From: a virus
Taxonomy: Duplodnaviria > Caudoviricetes
Virus record (IMG/VR): IMGVR_UViG_3300006868_000092
Coordinates: 1-25,814 of that record
Direction: 5' to 3' (one strand)
Length of the DNA: 25,814 bases
Shown: piece by piece, positions 16,277 through 24,300 of the stretch
Layout: each line of letters begins with the position of its first letter
Position numbering within the stretch: the stretch's first letter is position 1
Made by a program: the position numbers and the translations under genes
The notes under the pieces: generated by a model
Databases searched by the model: none
What the model was told of the DNA's origin: nothing
Seen by the model: only the letters and a program-made list of their open reading frames with translations

Positions 16277-16277
16277 A

Positions 16278-16910
16278 TTAAAACTGAACACCCTGAGCTA
16301 TAGCATCAAAGGAATCTAACCCGCTAAGGTCATCTCTCACAATGAAGCTCATTCTGTCGTTTGTTCCTTTTCGCAATCTTATTCCCCAAGGCTTACCAAA
16401 TTGCTCGGATATATCAATGATTGGTAGGTATGCTTTGCTTGTTCCACCACCTGAAACGTCAGCTAAATACGCCTCTGTTCCAGTTCCGATCGCATGGGTT
16501 TTGTGACCTGTTCTTACAAACTCAAGATTAGTTTGGATTCCCTCGTGAAGTATTACCGTCCCAAGATCAGAAGTTACCCACTCCCAACCAACTCCGTTAG
16601 TCAATGCCGTTAAGTCTCCGAATTTATTAAGGTTTGGAGAACCACCATCTGCTATGCGAACACTGATAGAGTTCACATAAATATCGTAATCAGCAATGGC
16701 ACGAAGGCTAAATATAACCTCAGTTGTAGAGCCATCAACAGCCATTGCGGATGAACCCGCATCATCGGTAAATCTAGCCCGATAAGGTAGCGATGTTTCG
16801 TTTTCCTCCCTTGGAGGGTGAGGGTGGACTACTGTATATAGCGCACCCTCATCATCAACGTTAAGTCGATTGCCATTGCCATGACCGCTAACTATACGTG
16901 CATCAATCAT
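16278..16910 (-). CDS. Putative virion protein, paralog C
   Basis: Shares the I.xG.G.G....VD N-terminal motif with the two upstream genes. Confidence 0.7.
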   Translation of the reverse strand: MIDARIVSGHGNGNRLNVDDEGALYTVVHPHPPREENETSLPYRARFTDDAGSSAMAVDGSTTEVIFSLRAIADYDIYVNSISVRIADGGSPNLNKFGDLTALTNGVGWEWVTSDLGTVILHEGIQTNLEFVRTGHKTHAIGTGTEAYLADVSGGGTSKAYLPIIDISEQFGKPWGIRLRKGTNDRMSFIVRDDLSGLDSFDAIAQGVQF

Positions 16911-17506
16911 ATTCCAGTGATGTCAGAAGCTAATATATAACCTGTCGCTGCGATCTTTATAGATTGAGAGGTATTCCCTGTTGGCGGTGTCCATGTTACT
17001 CCCAAAGAATTACCTTTTTTCAAAACAATAGGAGCTGCATCAAAAGAGATAACTGTTCCAAATGAACTTCTGGTTGTGTTTGCGAACTCACTTCCACCAG
17101 TCAAGGTATTGCCTTCTGCTCCCTTATACGTAACACCGTCTACTGATTTTGATGATGCGAAGTTTCTATTTGCCTTAGTGTCAATATCTACAGCACCACT
17201 AACAATAGTGCCTCCAGTTGGATTTGATATAATCTTAGCTGTTCCATCTCCAGAGCCTCCTGTTGTTGTTCCTAAGATAAATAAAATCTCGGTAATAACA
17301 AAAGGGTCATCCCCTTCGTATCCTAAATAACCCACAGCACTTTCACTGGCACTCGTTAATGTAATTGTTCCAGTGTTAAAATTGAAAGCATCTCCTTTAA
17401 TTGCAGCCTCTGCAAGTAAGTCTCTTCCTACTGACTCAACGTGTACTCTATTATTACTATCGACTTGAGCTTGATAGCCACCGCCTGATCCATCTGTTAT
17501 AATCAT
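16907..17506 (-). CDS. Putative virion protein, paralog B
   Basis: G/S/T-rich beta protein, similar to 17509..18084. Confidence 0.75.
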   Translation of the reverse strand: MIITDGSGGGYQAQVDSNNRVHVESVGRDLLAEAAIKGDAFNFNTGTITLTSASESAVGYLGYEGDDPFVITEILFILGTTTGGSGDGTAKIISNPTGGTIVSGAVDIDTKANRNFASSKSVDGVTYKGAEGNTLTGGSEFANTTRSSFGTVISFDAAPIVLKKGNSLGVTWTPPTGNTSQSIKIAATGYILASDITGI

Positions 17507-17508
17507 AA

Positions 17509-18084
17509 TTATTCCTCTCCTTCAAACCAACATTGAATTTCAGCACAGAATGTAAGTGCTACACTGGGCTTTGCTACTAGCGCAAGACTAGATGATTTCG
17601 GTAAAATGATAGCACCCTCGTATTCTTGAATCGAATGACCGGGACTGTGGTTAATAAACTGTGATTCATTCGTCCCATCAGTTACAGTTTTGCCATCACC
17701 GCTTGCAGTATAGGCAAATCCGCCAAAAGCCTCATTTGATCCAAAGTTAGATGGTAACTGGTCTGCATCATTGGCATCGCTAATCAGCGTTCCTGTCGAT
17801 GGGTTTCTGATTAGTCTACACTGAACATTGCCAGAAGTATCGGAACAAGTTCTGATTTTACCGATATACAAATCAAGGTCACTTGTATTCTCAAGGTAGA
17901 TAATGCCGTTAAAACTAGCTGTTGTAGTCAAAGAAATAAAGTCAGAGGCAATTAAAAAAGCCTGACCTTCTCTTTTGCTTATATCGCTAACCCTACTTTG
18001 AGATACTGATTTCACTAAGGCTCTATTTAAAGAGTCTACCCCTGCGGAGTATCCCTTACCTCTTCCATCCTGTATTACATTCAT
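17509..18084 (-). CDS. Putative virion protein, paralog A
   Basis: IQDGRGKGYSAGVDSLNR N-terminus; NP..GTL.S.A and NF.S shared with paralog B. Confidence 0.75.
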   Translation of the reverse strand: MNVIQDGRGKGYSAGVDSLNRALVKSVSQSRVSDISKREGQAFLIASDFISLTTTASFNGIIYLENTSDLDLYIGKIRTCSDTSGNVQCRLIRNPSTGTLISDANDADQLPSNFGSNEAFGGFAYTASGDGKTVTDGTNESQFINHSPGHSIQEYEGAIILPKSSSLALVAKPSVALTFCAEIQCWFEGEE

Positions 18085-18251
18085 AAGTCTTCCTCATCTG
18101 TTATAAACTCAAGTTGCTGATTCATTTTTTGCAACTCTTTCAATATTTGTGTTAAAAGTATATGGGTTTCTGGATCTAGGGTTCTTTGGTGATCTTGACC
18201 ATTTCTGGATTGAACTTCTTCTACTCTGCTTCCTCTATCTAATACGCTCAT
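18081..18251 (-). CDS. Small hypothetical protein
   Basis: ATGA overlaps at both ends; ends ILKELQKMNQQLEFITDEEDL. Confidence 0.65.
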   Translation of the reverse strand: MSVLDRGSRVEEVQSRNGQDHQRTLDPETHILLTQILKELQKMNQQLEFITDEEDL

Positions 18252-19801
18252 TTTAAATTCCAATCCGTTCCGTTATAGACTATATTAAATGCCTCTCCAT
18301 CATATATAGATGGTGTAGCTGTTCCATTAATTGTCAAATTAACAGTATTCGTTCCACCAGAATTATTTACGATGACTACATTAGAACCTGTTATAAACCC
18401 TGAAAGACTTGTAGTAATACCAGAAGCAGTTTGAGTTATGTGCGTAATAGAACTTGATATGGTCTTTGTCTCAGTGGTGCTAGTGGTCTGGTAGTCAAAC
18501 TCTCCTGCTGCTGCGCTATCTGCATAATCAACTGTAGCTACTGCTAAGGGTGTGCCTCCCGTAGGCGAAGCTGATAACGTGAACCCATCTGCGGGTATGG
18601 TGAATAGTGCAGTTGTCGCATCTATATCTATATCATCAGTTCCCGCCTCATATTTCAACCAGTTGCCAGATGTTAATTTTCTGAATATAAAGTCCACATC
18701 ATGGTAAGCATCATTGAACTTTATCTGCGTATCATTAGCCTCTATCAGTTCATAATCTGCTGTTTCTGTAATGCTGATTATATTCCTACCCAAAGTGTCA
18801 TTTCTGATCTGGAAATCAAGACTACTGTTCTGTCTAACCTCCCATCTCTGAGAAGTATTCCATAGCTGCAAAGCAACCTCTTGATCTACTGCATTAGTGC
18901 TTTCGATTCGGAACTGTAAAATATTAGCATCGTCATGGCTAAAATGAAATTCGGTGTTAGGACTGCAACCCCAACCATGCCTATCATTTCCTGCGTTGTA
19001 AAAGTATGCATTAGTCTCAGCTTCAGAAGATTGCTTATACCAACGCATATCAACGTCAAATCTACCGTTATTGAATAAATATCTGGTAGTATTCCAAGTC
19101 ACCTCATTCACTGATCTGTTGTAGTTGAATGACATGGAATTAACTTGACCACCACTATAGCTACCAAATACTACGGTATCACTAGAGTTATTAACTCGGA
19201 TAAAATTCTCTCGATCACCCACAGAATTAATTACATCGTAGTCAATAAATTCTGCATTAGCCAATCCGTTATTTTGGTAGTTAACAACAAACTTATTATT
19301 GTTTACATAAAACTCGTTTGTTTTAATTATGGTGTCGTTGGAATTGACCTCTATAGCATCTGTGCCACCAGCATTCAGATTCCATTGGTTAGTCTGAAAC
19401 CGCATATATGTGTCAAGGTCACCATCATGGTAGATGTATTCAGCTACATTAAGATCAGATTGTAATGTCAGCGCACCACTCATGGTATCACCTGTGACAT
19501 TAACATAGTCATTCTCTATATCCGCAAGCGTTGTGCCACTAGATATTACATTACCACTTGCGTCTACAGTTAGCAGTTCATCTAAAGTGAGCGTTGGGAT
19601 AATTAGATTACCAGATGTGATCTCTATATCTCCAACGGTCACATACAAAGAACCTGTAGATAGAGTTAAATCGCCAGCAGTAAGCTCTAACCCTAACTGC
19701 ACCGGAATAACGCTACCCTTGCGCACCACCCACATAATGTCGGTGGCTTCTGCGCCTGTAGAGATATTCTTTAGGTGTAGCCTGTTTCCGTAGCTGCTCA
19801 T
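18248..19801 (-). CDS. Tail fibre-like protein
   Basis: YVNVTGDTMSGAL and YIYHDGDLDTYMRF fibre-type motifs; beta-rich; follows the main fibre gene. Confidence 0.7.
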   Translation of the reverse strand: MSSYGNRLHLKNISTGAEATDIMWVVRKGSVIPVQLGLELTAGDLTLSTGSLYVTVGDIEITSGNLIIPTLTLDELLTVDASGNVISSGTTLADIENDYVNVTGDTMSGALTLQSDLNVAEYIYHDGDLDTYMRFQTNQWNLNAGGTDAIEVNSNDTIIKTNEFYVNNNKFVVNYQNNGLANAEFIDYDVINSVGDRENFIRVNNSSDTVVFGSYSGGQVNSMSFNYNRSVNEVTWNTTRYLFNNGRFDVDMRWYKQSSEAETNAYFYNAGNDRHGWGCSPNTEFHFSHDDANILQFRIESTNAVDQEVALQLWNTSQRWEVRQNSSLDFQIRNDTLGRNIISITETADYELIEANDTQIKFNDAYHDVDFIFRKLTSGNWLKYEAGTDDIDIDATTALFTIPADGFTLSASPTGGTPLAVATVDYADSAAAGEFDYQTTSTTETKTISSSITHITQTASGITTSLSGFITGSNVVIVNNSGGTNTVNLTINGTATPSIYDGEAFNIVYNGTDWNLK

Positions 19802-21318
19802 TAGAACTTGATGCCAACCATGCAGATTATATTGTTTGGTCTTGTTTCTGCGTCACCATTTAAACCGTGAGTATGTGAACCATCGGAGCTTGTTGCAAAC
19901 TGTCCTGCGTTTAAAGCACCTGTGTTTACGGAAATTTGGTGAGTATGTGGGTCTGGACCGTTAGCACTATCAGTAAACATGTTTGCTGATACAGCATCAT
20001 AAGTGCCACCACTTCCTGTAGATACCCCCGGAAGGTCACTATCCCCAAGGTAATCATGGTCGTGTGCACCATCGCTAACAGTTGCTAACCCATTTGCCGC
20101 AGTAGTGTCAAGTTGAGTATTCCCAATAACTGTAACACCATCTGTTGATCTACGGAATCTACCATCTGTCTCTAAGTCTGGAAGATCAAATGTAGTAGAA
20201 CCATCTCCTACACCGTATGTAGTTCCCAATACACCAAATAAATCTGCATATTTAGTTCTACTAACTGCCTGTCCGTTACAGCGTAGGTATCCAATATCAT
20301 CTTCAACTGAGCTAATGTCATATGCAAAGTCTTGGTAAGTTCCTACTAGTCCTGCTGCTGCCTGTGCTGCACTTGAACTACCATCAAAGTAAACCGTTGT
20401 TCCATCACTGGTAAATGCAAGTGAAGAGAATCCGTTACTATCAGTGTTAAGTGCCACTGCTGCGGTGTTTCCAAACCCTGTATTAAATGTAATTGTGCGA
20501 CCACCTGTTACATCTTGATTCACGAGAAGCTTATATACACCCGGCTTAATATTGATTACATTAAGCGTAGGATCTCCCGATAGATTTAATGTAGCTATGT
20601 GCCCAAGTGAGCTATCCCAATTGATTGTAGCCCCATATACAAGGGTTTGAGATAAGAATAAGCTCTCTGATATGTTATTGCTTTGCTCTAATGCTCCTTG
20701 GGTTGCTGAATAAATAGCAAGATTACCCTCAACTTGTGAAGCTGGCCCTGTCATTCCTCCTACATTATCAGCATCTAAGTCAACCGCTTCCCATTCTCCA
20801 TTCGCATCCCAACCAGCTAGTTTACTTAATCGATCATTATAGGCCGGGAGTTTATTGCTTACCCCACTTGGCTCATTATCTGGATACTGAATATTTAAAT
20901 TAGATACGCTTCCGGGTGTTACTCCTTCTCGAGTCAATTGGCAAATTTGAGTTAACTTATCACCCATGTTCTCATTTAACTGAGAATTATACCTACCGAC
21001 CTTTATGAAATCAATCAACTGAGTTAATGGAATGTCTAATGTCATAAACAAATCCCAAGGCCCACTATCGTAAGTAGTCCAATCAGTTATATTATTAGCT
21101 GTCTCGTAAAGACTTACGGATACTTGCGCTCCTGCATCTTCTCCAACATCAGTTACCGTATAGTCAACCCCATCGGTTAAAGTAACCGTCTGTTGGTCGC
21201 TTTGCCTAATCACTTTTACAACTAAGTGAGTAGAATCAAGGACTTTGAACTCGGTAGTATGAGTAGCCCCGATTGTAGTTAGATTTATATTTGTTCTTAT
21301 ATCTTCTGTATTAATCAT
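19801..21318 (-). CDS. Tail fibre with T7-gp17-like N-terminal anchor and phage tail-collar domain
   Basis: N-terminal F.V....L.V...L..GVDYTV...Q..D....DKLT.I.Q; collar YLRCNGQAVSRTKYADLF.VLGTTYG.GDGSTTF.LPDL; H.H repeats; ETRPNNI. Confidence 0.88.
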   Translation of the reverse strand: MINTEDIRTNINLTTIGATHTTEFKVLDSTHLVVKVIRQSDQQTVTLTDGVDYTVTDVGEDAGAQVSVSLYETANNITDWTTYDSGPWDLFMTLDIPLTQLIDFIKVGRYNSQLNENMGDKLTQICQLTREGVTPGSVSNLNIQYPDNEPSGVSNKLPAYNDRLSKLAGWDANGEWEAVDLDADNVGGMTGPASQVEGNLAIYSATQGALEQSNNISESLFLSQTLVYGATINWDSSLGHIATLNLSGDPTLNVINIKPGVYKLLVNQDVTGGRTITFNTGFGNTAAVALNTDSNGFSSLAFTSDGTTVYFDGSSSAAQAAAGLVGTYQDFAYDISSVEDDIGYLRCNGQAVSRTKYADLFGVLGTTYGVGDGSTTFDLPDLETDGRFRRSTDGVTVIGNTQLDTTAANGLATVSDGAHDHDYLGDSDLPGVSTGSGGTYDAVSANMFTDSANGPDPHTHQISVNTGALNAGQFATSSDGSHTHGLNGDAETRPNNIICMVGIKF

Positions 21319-21321
21319 AGC

Positions 21322-24300
21322 TTACCCATCAATTAAGAATGTTTCAAAGTAATCGTTTAAATTTATTGCACCATCTTGTTTTTGTCTACCCATTCTTTCC
21401 AAGTATCGTTCTTGTTGTTCTAGTTTATCGTGGTCTAATAGGTCAAACAAGAATGGCCATAAGGTTCTATCTAGCACCGCTTTAGCTGCAAAGTGATTAA
21501 TAAATGGTGTCCAGTTCTTTGCTTTATCTAATACGTCACCTGCGAAATCTTCATTTTCTGGATCCACTGCTTGTTTAGCCAATCTCTTTACATCTTCGAT
21601 CATGCCAAGTGCTGGACTAGATAATGTTTGTTGACTTTCTCCGAAAATGAAATCTGCCATTAATCCCATTGCACCACCCCTTAAGAATGCTTCAGTCCAT
21701 GTCTTACCGCTATTTATAGGGTGCATACTTTCACCTCGCAACATAGCTAATACATTCATCGCCATATATTGCATAACCGTAGTAAATGCAGCAGTCCAGA
21801 TTAGTAGTGTAACTCCACTGGATCCACCCTTAATGTCTTTCATAAATACTTTATTGAAAGCAGTTAACGGAAATGACTTATACATAGTGAACATTTTAAG
21901 AATACTATTCTGCCAAGTTCCCTCTCTGGTATTAAATGTAAATGATAGCTTTTCTCTAAGACCGGGAGTCAATACTGCTTCATCCATCTTAAATCTCATG
22001 AATGCTGTCAGTGAAGAAATAGCCTCTTCTTTAAGTCGCAATCTTTGTTGTGCTGTTTTAACACCGGGGAACATCGCATCTGCATCAGCACCCTCTAGTG
22101 AATCAAGAGTTACATAAGTTTTACCATCTTGAGTTTTGGATCCAAAGTTTCTTATTGCGTTCCAAGATTCCTCTTTAATTCCTAGTATTTCAAAATCTTT
22201 TGCAACTTCAGGAGCATTCGCTTTTAACCAAGCCATGTCGTGTTGACTGTATTCTCCAAGTCTGCGGACAACCATTAAACTTGCTGCATCTCTCCATATC
22301 TTATTCCAGCCAGTAATTCCGGTAGACTTAAACCAATGGGTTTGCATTCTTGCCATTTTGCTAGATTGACCGATATCATCCGGGTCAAATCTATTACTTG
22401 ACATCATGGTTATTTGCATTGACTCAATGTCACCTAATACACCACGCAATACCATCTTACCTTTATCGGTCTTGGCATCAACTGCAGCACCAAATGATTC
22501 GAACAACGCTGGTAATATATCATTACCTCCCCTACCAAGTCTTGCAACTGCTCTAGCACCAAAAGCAGGGTCTGACATAGATGAAATAAGGATATTACCC
22601 ATCTTTGTCATATTAATAAAAATCTTAGTGTTAGCTATGATCTTAGACCATGTGTAATTTTCAGGAGTTGCATTGGCTCCCTCTAGCTCGTCAAAGGCTG
22701 AATTTACTACACGTTTTAGTTTATTCAGCTTCTCATTTGCTTTAAGTTGACCGCTTTTACTTGCTACATCTGCTACCATTGCAATCAATCCATCGTTCAT
22801 TACCTCCCGGTAAGCTGGACCAAACTTGCGAACTAATGATGCAATATTATTCAAGTGGACAATTTCACCAAAAAATTGATCAGATAATGAAGAGCTACGA
22901 GTATCAGAGTGATATTTACCAGCAGTCTCACCGTCTTTAAAGTGATATAACCTAGATGCTGCTTGTCTCTCTGCTGCATTTGCATGATAAAAGCTTTTCT
23001 CTCCCCTAGCACTATCGGCCCTTGTGTGAATCCCGGTAAAGATACCATCAAAGGCACCATCCAATGAAGCTAGTATTTTAGGATCTTGACGGTGATCTGG
23101 ATACAACGCTGAATCACCGATACCACGATCATAGAAACTCTTTTGAATATCCAAGTCCTCAAGCATCCGGGCTTTCCATTTCCCTTGTAATTCGGAGAAT
23201 GCTTGCTTGTTTAGCTTCTTACCTTTCGCAGTCCACTCATATAGCTTAATGTCAAAAAAGTCTGCTATTGCCTCAATATTGTGTGCTTGCCCAATGATTC
23301 TTGTTTTAGATACCGGAATAAATCCACCATGACGGTTAATTTCACGCACTAGATTATGTGAATACTTCTGAAGAATCTTAGCTGCTGCTTGTGCTTTTGG
23401 GTCAGCTGCTTCACCGTATCCAGCCTTAATTATTTCTAAATCATTGTTTCCACTTGCAAAATAATCCAATACACCAGCATCTTCCATCTCGTCTGAGATT
23501 TTCTTCATGTGACGTGCAGTAGTTCCACGAGACTCGTAATCAATCTCGTCATACAGTATATTGGTTAAAATCTTAGTGCTATCATCTAGGCTTACTGTAG
23601 CCAAGCTGTAATCTCTAATGATCTCCCCTATTTTCAACTGGGTCATTAGTTTAGCACGTTTCCTTAGAACACGCTTTGTATCCCCGGTAACGGCATCATA
23701 ATGCATTGCAATAGGGTTTATATCCTTATCGTCTTTGAAGGATATGCGCTCTACTGCTTTTGCTATTTTGGAAAGAGAAAATCTTATATCTTTACTATAT
23801 TTATTAAATCTAACACTTAATGGTATTATATTTCCCTTATTATCTTTAGTTATAGGTTTTGCAGATTTAATTTGTTCTGGAGAAAAAACAACATATAAAG
23901 CAGGATTTTCTGGAGCATCTCCAAATTGATTTTCATTTTCAAGATATAGTATTATTGAATCAAAATCCCTTTCAGCTCCAGTTGGCTTTCCATCTTTATC
24001 AATTACTCCTTCTTCTAATAATATTCTATTTAATGTAGCATCAAAATTTTCAACACCAGAAAAAGTCATAGACTCTTCTATTGGGTTTTCCATTTTTAAA
24101 TATACTGGCATAGTTTCTTTGCCGAAATTTTTAGCAAATCCTTCTATGTCAGTAAAAAAGTGAGCATCTTTTAGGTTGTTTGCTACTTCTGGAAAATTAC
24201 TTCTACCTCCTTTGTCGAATACCGTAAATTTATTGTCTGTTCCATGGTATAATACTTTAGGAAGGAACCCGGCTTTTTTTGCTGCTTCATTAACGATTTT

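Noticed and set aside
11382-21318. Diversity-generating retroelement targeting the fibres
   Set aside because: No reverse transcriptase and no TR/VR pair differing at adenines was seen in this window.
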